64,000 nt of DNA from an uncultured Cytophagales bacterium (GTDB lineage Bacteria; Bacteroidota; Bacteroidia; Cytophagales; Cyclobacteriaceae), in the NCBI GenBank assembly GCA_937869105.1, contig CALMKZ010000002.1, forward strand, positions 4,499 to 68,498, given 5' to 3'. Below the pieces are notes generated by a model. It was not told the DNA's origin. It searched no databases and saw only the letters and a program-made list of their open reading frames with translations. Shown here piece by piece: positions 1 to 9,241 of the stretch. Numbering within the stretch: position 1 is the first letter of the stretch; the number at the start of each line of letters is the position of its first letter. Both the position numbers and the translations under genes were made by a program.

Positions 1-806
1 ATCCTCTTCAAACTCATCTTTATGTGATTCAACGAATTTATAGACGATTTCCTTTGATGCACCAATCAAATTGTTGAGGTCATAGTTCCATAAATATCCC
101 GTAGCAACCACTGATTTTGAATGCATCTCGAGAAACATATCTTGATATGTACCGTCTCCACGTCTGTATTTTGAGCCAACTACGTAATACGATCTTTCTG
201 AAGCGTTAGCCACATACTTGTGCCAAAGTCCAAAAGCAAAGTTCACAACCTTTTCGTTATCTGGCTTTCTCTTCAGTATTTCGGAGTGTAACTGAGACGT
301 TTTTGTGTGCGACTGTACTTTGATTCCAATCCCCCGTGCTATCAGGATAAGAGACTCTCTGCTATAGATGGGTAGCAGCTTGTTTTTTGAATATAGAAAA
401 GCAATCTTCCATTTTGCTATGCTATGTAAATCGATGTTTTCAATTTGATCGAACTCCTGCTTCTTTGCATGGTCAATTGTAGAAGAGATTAATGAACGGA
501 CTGTTTCAAAAGCTGTTTGAGAGTCGGACCCATATTTCTCGAGCCAAGAGTATTGCTCGTCTTGGAGGATTGATTTTCGTTTGTACTCCTTATCATTTTT
601 CCTCTTCCAGACACCGAATTTTACAAGTGAAACACCACTTATGCTCCCTAGTTTTTCAGTGCCCCATTCTACCTGATAGCAAAAAGTGTCATGGTTACCA
701 GTATCAGTATACTCCTCGATCGTCATACTGTTCACCCGGTCAACAGTCCATGTCGATAAAAACTCTGCAAGAATTTGATCGTAAGAATCTACATCCAGGT
801 GCATAG
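1..806 (-). CDS. Hypothetical protein, N-terminal part only (ORF continues past window start). It resembles N-terminal regions of McrB-type AAA+ restriction GTPases.
   Basis: My own minus-strand translation from the ATG at 806-804 gives MHLDVDSYDQILAEFLSTWTVDRVNSMTIEEYTDTGNHDTFCYQVEWGTEKLGSISGVSLVKFGVW...YYVVGSKYRRGDGTYQDMF... The frame is open for more than 265 codons to position 1. It is absent from the ORF track because it has no in-window stop. It starts 7 nt after the pAgo stop and sits in the same low-GC block. Confidence 0.55.
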
Positions 807-813
807 TAGCTGT

Positions 814-2337
814 TTATATATAGTACTTAAATGCCAGCGGTGGCGCTTTAATGTCGGTACTGGCAGTCAATATTTCTCCAATCTTATCCGCAAATCTTAA
901 AGTAACCGGAGCACCGTCAGCAAATATGCACGCATTATAATTCAATTTGGTAAGAGCCAAAATATCCTTTAGCACTTGTATGATGTCTGCTTCTCCTTTA
1001 TTGACTTCAATGAAAATTGGATTGGGAACTTCCATTGATAAAGTCGATTGCGTTTTAGGAACATATCCAACACTCCAAAGAAAGGCGCTCCGCTCATTTA
1101 CAATAAAGGCATTACCTCGCATTATGGGGTAACTGCCTTCTGTTTTAAATAGTTTTAAGGGCTTTGTTTTTGTAATGGTGACGCCAACAAGGTTGGTTTC
1201 ATTGGGTGTTACCTCCTGAAAGGCTGTCCACTCCTCCGTGTTAAATCTTGTCTTGGCATGAATAAATATTTCCTTTGGATATTCTCCATTTTGCTCCTTG
1301 TAAGATTCTAATGCTTGTATCAATAGAGCTTTTGCCTCTTTAGGTTTCAAATGAAATTCTCCTTTTTTTGGATTATACCAAGGACCAACTTCTCCCTTAA
1401 AAACAGTTCCATCTCCATTGTCTAAGAACATTTGAGCCGCGCAACAGGCATTCTTTGGGTCTTTACTTTTTTCAATCTCCTTATACACCAAGCCGAGATA
1501 GCAGACTCCACTTCTTATATCTGACAATTTCCAAGGTTTACCACCTGCTTTATAAAAAGCTGCAGTTGAAATTGTCCAAGCTAAATGTCCTTCAATCTTT
1601 GAAAAGTCTCTCAATGGTGCACCAAACTTGTTTTTAAAGTCTCGCCAAGCTAAAGTGCTTTCCCTCATTATTTGAGTAGGGATAGTATGTTGAAGTAATC
1701 TTGCTTTTAACTGGTCGTGGAATTGAGCGTCATAGTTATAAGTAATCGCTTCTTTCTCTTGCGCTTTCAACTCAGTATTTATGTCCTCGAATAAGGTTGG
1801 CTCATACCTGAAGCTCTTTGCTTTTGACTTTGTAATAAGCGATTTGGTTTGAACTAGGTCTTTGGGCAAAACAGAGTTTGGGCGACAATATTTATAAATC
1901 TCATCAGGAACAACCACAAACCAAACATCTACTTTTTCATCTTCGTTTTTATTAGCAGCAATTATTTTATTAATGAATAAAGTCACCAAATCATAGGTTC
2001 GTTTGTGGGTGCTGTCATTGTAGAGAAGTTTGCCTATTTCTTCATCAGTCACTTCTTTGAAAACAATTCCTTCCGATTCCCATTTGCATCCAAAGACCGC
2101 TTCAAATCCGGGAAACATGGGTCGTGTTATATTGTTGGTATTGTAAATCGGTTTTTGAATATGGTTTACGTAATTCTTAAAGATCTGCAATCCACCTTTT
2201 GTCGCTACCACTCCACTTTTAATTCCGAATATCTTATTTAAGGGTCCGAACAAAGCAAGGCCATCTCTGACATCAGTGCATTTCTGCCCATGACCAAAAA
2301 GAATGTTTGGTTCCGGGATGTAAATCAGTTCTTTCAT
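814..2337 (-). CDS. Short prokaryotic Argonaute (MID-PIWI only), SPARTA-type
   Basis: The protein is 507 aa. The N-terminus MKELIYIPEPNILFGHGQKCTDVRDGLALFGPLN and the C-terminus ...TLRFADKIGEILTASTDIKAPPLAFKYYI closely match my recollection of the published Maribacter SPARTA pAgo. The size is typical of short pAgos, and the gene has an ATGA overlap with the upstream TIR-APAZ gene. Confidence 0.93.
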   Translation of the reverse strand: MKELIYIPEPNILFGHGQKCTDVRDGLALFGPLNKIFGIKSGVVATKGGLQIFKNYVNHIQKPIYNTNNITRPMFPGFEAVFGCKWESEGIVFKEVTDEEIGKLLYNDSTHKRTYDLVTLFINKIIAANKNEDEKVDVWFVVVPDEIYKYCRPNSVLPKDLVQTKSLITKSKAKSFRYEPTLFEDINTELKAQEKEAITYNYDAQFHDQLKARLLQHTIPTQIMRESTLAWRDFKNKFGAPLRDFSKIEGHLAWTISTAAFYKAGGKPWKLSDIRSGVCYLGLVYKEIEKSKDPKNACCAAQMFLDNGDGTVFKGEVGPWYNPKKGEFHLKPKEAKALLIQALESYKEQNGEYPKEIFIHAKTRFNTEEWTAFQEVTPNETNLVGVTITKTKPLKLFKTEGSYPIMRGNAFIVNERSAFLWSVGYVPKTQSTLSMEVPNPIFIEVNKGEADIIQVLKDILALTKLNYNACIFADGAPVTLRFADKIGEILTASTDIKAPPLAFKYYI

Positions 2338-3686
2338 TCTGTCGCTGCTTCATCAGTAGATAAATCGTCAAGGTTATCCAGATCATCTATGTCTGCTAAT
2401 TCAACCTCTTCATCTAATGTGTTCTTTTCAGGTATATTGTAGCTGGTACTCCCCTTGAATTGAACAGGCTCATTTGAAACGAGAATTTTTTCTTCACTGC
2501 CAACTTCTAAATAAAATGAGCTTTCGTCATCAGAAAGGTATTTCACGAATGCCAACAACTTATTTCGCCAGTCGTCATTCCACCAATTTTTACCTTGTCT
2601 TCTCCTTGCTGAATGTTGTATTCCTTTGGAGTCTATTATGGTCTTACCATCTTGTGTGAAAAAGACGTGTGATAAAATCATTAAGACAGGAAAGGGATAT
2701 AGCTTTGCTGCACCAGATATACCATAATGCCAATTCTTATCTTTTTGTTTTCCGACTAGCTGAACTTTGTTGAATTTGTCTTTTTCAAGTTTATTCTTTT
2801 CAAACCAATAGCCCACCTTATTTGACAAAGAGTATTCACGAACTCCCTTTTCTTTCATACGTAACTCAAATGCCTTATTGATTAACTGAACAATTAATCG
2901 CTGACATTCAAAATTGCTGATGAACTCTGTATTGTAGTTCCCAGAGAAAATTTCACTTGTAAGAATCTTTATGGTTTTACTACTATCGTAGGTTTCTGTT
3001 TTAGGCAACTGGTGCATAAAGTCGTACTCCCAAGCAAATGTGCAGAGATAATTTTTATGAGGAATAGCAGGAAATGTTAATTCACGGGTATCAAATTCCT
3101 TAGGAATGAGTTTTTCAAAATTGTGAAAACGCAGCTCAATGGGAAATGAAAGAATCGAAAACCAATTGGAATCATATATTTCCTCCTTTTCAATTATCCC
3201 CTTGTTGTAGAGAAATATTTGCTGATACAATGAATTGCTTTTTGCGAAATCAGGATTGTCTTTAGGAACTTTTTGTTTTTCAAGAGCCTCTAACAAATCC
3301 TGCAAACCCGTTGCCCATGATTTTTTGAAATCAATTGCATTCAAACGAACAATGTCAATGTTGATGTCGTCATATGAAAGTCTCTCGTCTATAGCTAATG
3401 GGATAATAAAAGTTTCGTCATTGGTTTGCTTTTTCACTTTAGCAGCAACCGCCAATTCTTTCAAAACACCCTCACGCTGGTTTGATGCTGCCGAGGATAC
3501 AATCAAGAATTTGCTGGTATTTTCTCTGATTTCTTTTTCTATCCGACTCCAGAAATCTGCACCCTTATCCAAGAAAAGAACGTCACACCAAACATCATAA
3601 CCAATACCAATAAGCTTTAATGCCAACCATTTTGTAAAGTCGTTGTCATCAGGTGTTGCATGGCTTATGAAGATTTTATTTCTCAT
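2334..3686 (-). CDS. TIR-APAZ protein (SPARTA NADase effector partner)
   Basis: The protein is 450 aa. The N-terminal TIR domain reads MRNKIFISHATPDDNDFTKWLALKL...LIVSSAASNQREGVLKELAV, with a Glu at residue 77 in GVLKEL. The remainder is APAZ-like, and the tail is acidic. The gene has a 4-nt overlap with the pAgo start. Confidence 0.93.
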   Translation of the reverse strand: MRNKIFISHATPDDNDFTKWLALKLIGIGYDVWCDVLFLDKGADFWSRIEKEIRENTSKFLIVSSAASNQREGVLKELAVAAKVKKQTNDETFIIPLAIDERLSYDDINIDIVRLNAIDFKKSWATGLQDLLEALEKQKVPKDNPDFAKSNSLYQQIFLYNKGIIEKEEIYDSNWFSILSFPIELRFHNFEKLIPKEFDTRELTFPAIPHKNYLCTFAWEYDFMHQLPKTETYDSSKTIKILTSEIFSGNYNTEFISNFECQRLIVQLINKAFELRMKEKGVREYSLSNKVGYWFEKNKLEKDKFNKVQLVGKQKDKNWHYGISGAAKLYPFPVLMILSHVFFTQDGKTIIDSKGIQHSARRRQGKNWWNDDWRNKLLAFVKYLSDDESSFYLEVGSEEKILVSNEPVQFKGSTSYNIPEKNTLDEEVELADIDDLDNLDDLSTDEAATE

Positions 3687-4547
3687 TTATTGGCAGGCTC
3701 GACTATCATGTCAATCTCTCAAAATACGTAAAAATAGATGAGTATTCATTTTTGTAGTCGATTGTGTGTGGGGATTGGGCTCTTGCCATAGCTTTGGTTT
3801 TGCGATAGGTTTGCGCGGCTATGGCATGTGCCAAATGCGCGTGGGCAATCGTAGGTCGACTCTTCTTAAAAAATGCGAAGGGTTGGACAGTTCTTTCTCA
3901 CTTGTTCTAATGTTATTAATTGCCAAGTCTAAGTTGTCTCGAAGCCGTTCACTTGTCCCCGTGGGAAATCTTTGTTAGAAAATTGTCGTCCGTTTTTTTA
4001 AAACACAAATTTGTCCGGGCCCTATTGCTACCAACGTCTGTGTTTAAGAAACTCCGTCTCCTAAATATCCCTATTCCACACATCAATTTACAACAAACCA
4101 CAAAATCCGCGTACACCAAGCCTGGTTATTAAGCTTTCGCATTCTACACCTTTTGTAGTAGCTATCATGATTTGAAATAACAAACAAAATCTTATTCACA
4201 CTTTTCAAAATTCTCCTATCTTGTTTGGGTTGAGATTCCTCATCGATAGGAAATAGCTGATGGAGGTAAGCACCAGGTAAAAGCCTGATAATTTCAACAG
4301 ATGCACGGTTTTTGCAGCCTGCACCTTCGATTCCAGCATCAAAACGAAGAAAATAGACCAAAAGAGCGGTCAGACCACGGTCACCCCACGGTTAGCCCAC
4401 GGTCACCATTTAAGTAAGCTGGCCCTAAGCTTTATACCAGCTGGCCTGACACTAGCCTGAATCATGAAAGAACCATTGGACACGCTTACTGATTATCTCA
4501 CACGTTATTGAGTCTGTATATTCGCCAAATCGTCGATTCACTGGCTC

Positions 4548-5093
4548 ATGAACAGCACTGTCCGGATTACTTCCGTTTTTTCATGCTCCCTCGAACGGGC
4601 ATTTAAAACACCTATGCTCTGCGATGTATCAAAAGTGCACACGGGCTACGGTATCATGCCCAAAGTCACTCACTGCACGGAAGATGAAACTTGGGGACAG
4701 CCGGGTGGCAGCAAAAAGATCTTCGCTGCACCATCACTGACGCAAAAAGGCGGATATGCTTCCATGGACAAGGTCATCGAACGAATTGAAAATAAATACT
4801 GGAAGATAGAAGTGAGTGACTTCCAGGCGTGGATACTAGGGTTTAGCAAATTTACCGGTGAATGGCAGACCACGGAATTCGGGACCAATAAGATCCTGAT
4901 CAGGTACACCTACACGATGCACTCGGATCAATGGATACTGTTTCCTGTGCAGTGGCTGTTTACCAAACTCTTGTGGCGCGTGTACATGCGGCATGTATTG
5001 GAAAACGTGCGGCAACTGGCGTATCAGGAGGAGCCGTATATGTATCCGGGCACCTTCGGTGCAAATGCATTTCCCGCTGATAGCGCGGATTGA
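4548..5093 (+). CDS. SRPBCC/START-like hypothetical protein
   Basis: 181-aa ORF with a weak by-eye resemblance to SRPBCC proteins. The last ~15 codons and the stop are supplied by the adjacent repeat element. Confidence 0.4.
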   Translation: MNSTVRITSVFSCSLERAFKTPMLCDVSKVHTGYGIMPKVTHCTEDETWGQPGGSKKIFAAPSLTQKGGYASMDKVIERIENKYWKIEVSDFQAWILGFSKFTGEWQTTEFGTNKILIRYTYTMHSDQWILFPVQWLFTKLLWRVYMRHVLENVRQLAYQEEPYMYPGTFGANAFPADSAD

Positions 5094-5690
5094 ATGCACC
5101 GCTGATTAACGCGGAATTCTCTTTGAGAAAAAGAAAAAAACGCAGAAGGCACCTTCGGTGCAAGTGCAGTACCCATGGATGACTAGCTTTTTTGCCGCGG
5201 AGGCGCAGAGGCGCTAAGACGCCGAGGCACCTTCGGTGCAAATGCATTTCCCGCTGATCACGCAGATTGAATGCACCGCTGATTAACGCGGAATTCTCTG
5301 AAGAAAAAGAAAAAAAACGCAGAAGGCACCTTCGGTGCAAATGCAAAAGATCGCGATTAATAGAATCAAATTCCTCTCCGCGTCTTTGCGCCTCTGCGGT
5401 GAAAATTGCATCCTCCACGGATAGCCCTTGACAAAACTGTGCCACCCCGTTGGGGTTGCCGCTGCTAATATTAATGATCAGGTCTATTAAAATTTCACCC
5501 CTCCGGGGTTAAATGCACGATATTATGCTACCGAAGGTGCCCGTGTCTTTTTTTGTATTTTGTGTTCAATAATTCTTTGCGTCTCCGCGTCTTTGCGCCT
5601 CCGCGGCAAAAAATCCCCACGCCATCGCGCTTTGCGGTGAAAAGCATCAAATCATTCTCCGCGCCTCAGCGTCTCCGCGGCAAAAAAATT
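5040..5690. repeat. Intergenic repeat cluster with GCACC-TTCG-GTGC hairpin units, TTTCCCGCTGAT cores and CGCCTC(C/T)GCGG(C/T)(A/G)AAAA units
   Basis: ggcaccttcggtgca occurs at 5049, 5148, 5226 and 5325, and inverted at 5530. catttcccgctgat occurs at 5068 and 5245, a 177-bp period. ctccgcg.ctttgcgcctc.gcgg..aaaa-type units occur at about 5383, 5578, 5625 and 5660, and inverted at about 5195. Confidence 0.85.
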
Positions 5691-7239
5691 ATCTTTTGAT
5701 TTCGAAATTCAAATCATGAAAATCAAAACTGAAATCTGTCAGCGGCGATATGGCATGCATCGTGAAGGCCTTCGCCCTGCCTGATTCATTCAGCACAAAA
5801 TCCACATAACAATCCGCATCCAGGCTGCGGTCCTTCCACCGGGCCAGGAGGGTGTTGCCACCAAAGTACATCAACTCACCGGCAATGCGCGGTGACCGTT
5901 TCGACGCAAACCATAGCTTCCCATCCTTCATCGAAATAGTCACTTCGCCAAACCAGGGATCGACATAGGTTCCCATTACCGATGCAGGATCCATGGCCTT
6001 CCCGGATTTCCGATTGGTATCAGCAATCTGCCAGATGCTGTCCACCATATGATTTACTTTGGCTACCTGCGCATTGCGATTGCCGGAATACTCCTTCACC
6101 CGGTCCGTGCCGGTGATCCCAAAGTAACCGTCTTTGATCTGGTTGGTAATCGAAACAAACGCGCCTCCCTCCTGCTGGTTGGTCAATACAATGATGCCCA
6201 GGTTCAACTCCGGGATCATGGTAATCTGGGTCACCATGCCTTCCAATCCTCCGGTATGGCTAAGCTGCTTATATCCTTTCACATCACTTACACCGAAGCC
6301 CAGGCCATAGGCGGAGAAGTGGGTGTTGTATGCACCGGGGTTTCGCACAGGTATAATGGTCTGAGGTGTCCACATCTCTTCATGCACATTATCAGAAAAA
6401 AGCACTTTCTTATTCCCTTCACCATACTTGCCGTGATTCAATTGAAGCAGTACCCATTTGCTCAGGTCGGCGATGCTGGAGTTAAGTCCGCCGGCAGCGT
6501 GACCCACCTTGAGTGTATTTCGCCTCACCACCTGCACCTTGCCGTTGACGGGCGCATGACCGTCGATGACGTTGGACTTGTCCTTAAGTCGTTCATACGA
6601 AGCAGCGGTGTGGGTCATACCGAGGGGTTGAATAATTCTCTGTTCAACAAAATCATCCCAGCTCATGCCACTGACGCGGGCCACCACCTCACCGGCAATG
6701 ATGTACAGGTTGTTATCATAATCATATTTCGACCGAAAACCAGATACCGGCTTCAGGTGGCGGAGGTTATAGATAATATCCTTGAGGGTAAAGTCGCTGG
6801 AGTCCGGGAAGAACATGAGGTCACCTGCCCCCAGGCCCATCCCGCTGCGGTGGGTGAGCAGATCGCGGATGGTAAACTCTTCGGTGACGTAGGGGTTGTA
6901 CAGTTTGAATTCAGGAATGTAGTCCCTGACTTTATCATCCCACTTTATTTTTCCTTCGTCCACCAGGATACCCAGCGTGGCAGCGCAGAATGCCTTGCTG
7001 TTGGAGGCGATGCCAAAGAGCGTATTCTCGTCCACGGGCTGCTGGGTGTTCAGGCTCCGGACGCCATACCCTTTGGCATGAATGACTTTACCGTCTTTAA
7101 TGACGGCCACGGCAATGCCCGGCACGTTAAATGCCTTCATCGAACGAACAGCCAGTTCATCGATGGCTTTGGAGGTAAGCGGCTGGGCGGTGACTGAGAA
7201 GCAAAAAGCGGCCAGCACCAGAACAAGGTAATTTTTCAT
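5689..7239 (-). CDS. Serine hydrolase, class C beta-lactamase/penicillin-binding family, secreted
   Basis: 516 aa with a signal peptide, an SxxK motif (ASNSKAF), and a GYG...LLTHRSG context typical of the family. Confidence 0.8.
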   Translation of the reverse strand: MKNYLVLVLAAFCFSVTAQPLTSKAIDELAVRSMKAFNVPGIAVAVIKDGKVIHAKGYGVRSLNTQQPVDENTLFGIASNSKAFCAATLGILVDEGKIKWDDKVRDYIPEFKLYNPYVTEEFTIRDLLTHRSGMGLGAGDLMFFPDSSDFTLKDIIYNLRHLKPVSGFRSKYDYDNNLYIIAGEVVARVSGMSWDDFVEQRIIQPLGMTHTAASYERLKDKSNVIDGHAPVNGKVQVVRRNTLKVGHAAGGLNSSIADLSKWVLLQLNHGKYGEGNKKVLFSDNVHEEMWTPQTIIPVRNPGAYNTHFSAYGLGFGVSDVKGYKQLSHTGGLEGMVTQITMIPELNLGIIVLTNQQEGGAFVSITNQIKDGYFGITGTDRVKEYSGNRNAQVAKVNHMVDSIWQIADTNRKSGKAMDPASVMGTYVDPWFGEVTISMKDGKLWFASKRSPRIAGELMYFGGNTLLARWKDRSLDADCYVDFVLNESGRAKAFTMHAISPLTDFSFDFHDLNFEIKR

Positions 7240-7361
7240 AGGATGGATATGGGAATAAGCAATTCCAATTTATCAAAATTGCCGGATACCGACCATAGCC
7301 ATTTCGGTGCGGTCTGACGATAATCATGTTGCGAGAATCCGGGGAGTGGTACATTTAGAGC

Positions 7362-8990
7362 ATGAAGATCAAGGTACTAACCACGATACTGTGTTTAATT
7401 TCTCTGCCTGTTGCCTTGGCACAGGTAAACTTTACGTCATCCAATCTGCCGATTATTGTGATCAACACCCACGGGCAGACCATTCCGGATGAGCCGAAAA
7501 TTGATGCCGACATGGGCATCATCTACAACGGTGTCGGCTTACGCAACAGCCTCACCGATCCGTTCAATAACTTCAATGGCAAGATTGGCATTGAGTTGAG
7601 GGGATCAACATCTCAGGATTTGTTTCCCAAAAAGCAATACGGCATTGAAATCCGGGATGCCAGCGGAAAAGGCATTGATGCGTCCTTGCTGGGGTTGCCG
7701 AAAAAAGACGACTGGGTGCTTTTTGCCCCCTATGATGACAAGAGTCTCATGCGCGATGTGTTGGCGTACAAGCTGGGCAGGGACCTCGGGCGTTACGCAT
7801 CCAGGTCTGTGTATTGCGAAATGGTGCTTAATGGAGAATACATGGGTGTCTTTGTGTTGTTGGAAAAGATCAAACGTGACAAGAACCGGGTGAATATCGA
7901 CAAGCTCGACATCACCGAAAACACCGGAGACAACCTGACTGGTGGATACATTCTGAAACTAGACAAAATCGAAGGCAGCGGTGGCGCGGGATGGAACTCA
8001 CCCTATCCGCCTCCTAACCGCAGCGGCGGGCAAACAACCTACTTCCAATACGAATATCCCAAACCTGAAGATATTACCGCTGAGCAAAAGGCATACATCA
8101 TCAACTACATCAGAGAGTTTGAGAATACCCTCGCCATGGACAATTTCAAAGATCCGGTAAATGGGTATGCCAAATACATTGATGTGGATTCGTTCGTGGA
8201 CTATTTCATCGCCAATGAACTCAGTCGCAATCCGGATGCCTACCGGATCAGTACATTTATGTACAAACGCAAGGACTCCGATGGCGGCAAACTCTTCATG
8301 GGGCCCATATGGGATTTCAACCTGGGCTTTGGCAACGTGAATTTTTGTGCGAAGGAAAAACCGGAAGGTTTTATCATTGATTACAACATGATTTGCCCCA
8401 GCGATGGTTGGCTCGTCCCGTTCTGGTGGAGTCGCCTGTTTGAAGATCCCGCCTTTAAAACCAAAGTAGTTACCCGCTGGCAGACCCTGCGCTCCAAGAC
8501 CTACGCAACCTCCCGTATCACCGACTACATCGATTCTGTGTCCCATGTTCTGAACCTTGAATCGCAGCAACGCAACTTTCAACGTTGGCCTGTCCTGGGG
8601 CAATATGTATGGCCCAACAGTTTTGTGGGACCGACCTTTCAATCAGAAGTAGATTGGCTCAAAGACTGGGTGACCCGCAGACTATCCTGGATGGACGCAA
8701 ACCTTCCGAATGTAATAACCACGTATGAAAACAATCCAGTGAGATTTGCCGTAACCGCTTCTCCCAATCCTTTCCAGGACAATATCACACTGCGGTATCA
8801 ACAAGTTCAGCCCGGTCCGATCCACACTGAGATAGTCGACATGGCAGGGCGCAGGCTCTATAGCTTCACCCGTTATGAAGATGCCGGTGTCTATGAAGAG
8901 AAACTCGCCGTTCCGTTGGAGTCCGGATTGTACCTGATCCAGTGTACCAGCGCAGGACAGCAGGTCATCGTAAAAGTAATCAAGCACTAA
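7362..8990 (+). CDS. CotH kinase family protein with T9SS C-terminal sorting domain
   Basis: 542 aa with a signal peptide. The CotH-like core reads VLNGEYMGVFVLLEKIKRDKNRVNI. The C-terminal ~80 aa form a beta-rich tail (...GLYLIQCTSAGQQVIVKVIKH). Confidence 0.75.
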   Translation: MKIKVLTTILCLISLPVALAQVNFTSSNLPIIVINTHGQTIPDEPKIDADMGIIYNGVGLRNSLTDPFNNFNGKIGIELRGSTSQDLFPKKQYGIEIRDASGKGIDASLLGLPKKDDWVLFAPYDDKSLMRDVLAYKLGRDLGRYASRSVYCEMVLNGEYMGVFVLLEKIKRDKNRVNIDKLDITENTGDNLTGGYILKLDKIEGSGGAGWNSPYPPPNRSGGQTTYFQYEYPKPEDITAEQKAYIINYIREFENTLAMDNFKDPVNGYAKYIDVDSFVDYFIANELSRNPDAYRISTFMYKRKDSDGGKLFMGPIWDFNLGFGNVNFCAKEKPEGFIIDYNMICPSDGWLVPFWWSRLFEDPAFKTKVVTRWQTLRSKTYATSRITDYIDSVSHVLNLESQQRNFQRWPVLGQYVWPNSFVGPTFQSEVDWLKDWVTRRLSWMDANLPNVITTYENNPVRFAVTASPNPFQDNITLRYQQVQPGPIHTEIVDMAGRRLYSFTRYEDAGVYEEKLAVPLESGLYLIQCTSAGQQVIVKVIKH

Positions 8991-9005
8991 GTAAACCCAT
9001 TCTGC

Positions 9006-9209
9006 CTAAGGCGCATGGGTGTCGCCATCGTCTGCCCGTTTCTTCACGGAGCGATAGACCAGCCAGCCGAAGCCGACAAGCACAACGAATGGCAAATACT
9101 GCCCGATGGTATAGCCGATTTGGTATCCGCGGTCATGCGCTACGGAATCCTGCGCCTTCAGGCCGATGGAAAGCGCCATGAGACAAACAACAAGGATGCT
9201 CTTTTTCAT
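9006..9209 (-). CDS. Small secreted/membrane protein
   Basis: Starts MKKSILVVCLMALSIGLKAQ (signal peptide) and has one further TM segment. The start was moved to the internal ATG at 9209. Confidence 0.45.
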   Translation of the reverse strand: MKKSILVVCLMALSIGLKAQDSVAHDRGYQIGYTIGQYLPFVVLVGFGWLVYRSVKKRADDGDTHAP

Positions 9210-9241
9210 AACTTGGGGTGGCACAAAAATAAACGCTTCCC

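Noticed and set aside
492-806. 104-aa plus-strand ORF
   Set aside because: It is antisense to the much longer open minus-strand frame (1-806), which has protein-like composition and tight operon spacing with pAgo.
3687-3765. Search for a Bacteroidetes TAnnTTTG -7 promoter box upstream of the SPARTA operon
   Set aside because: Only near-matches are present on the minus strand (tattttga, tatttttac), so no site is reported.
3766-4132. Two overlapping 70-aa plus-strand ORFs in the SPARTA upstream region
   Set aside because: Both are short with odd, low-complexity composition and no recognisable motifs. They are probably chance ORFs in non-coding DNA.
4083-4361. 92-aa minus-strand ORF upstream of SPARTA, considered as an integrase or transposase remnant
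   Set aside because: I could see no recognisable recombinase or transposase motif. It is AT-rich and isolated, so I mention it only as possible decayed coding sequence in the island-boundary finding.
4960-5445. 161-aa minus-strand ORF in the ORF track
   Set aside because: It lies entirely in the repeat mosaic. Its protein is a translation of the repeats (HLHRRCL recurs three times) with no coding-like features.
6049-7197. 382-aa plus-strand ORF
   Set aside because: It is a shadow ORF antisense to the well-supported serine hydrolase gene, and its composition is typical of an antisense frame (rich in G, V, H, R). The same reasoning applies to 7998-8642, 10279-10650, 17582-18007, 19108-19578, 22188-22640, 25467-26036, 33563-34195, 34302-34949, 40649-41143, 42034-42537, 44022-44621, 49982-50671, 51362-52024, 52304-52870 and 58261-58979.
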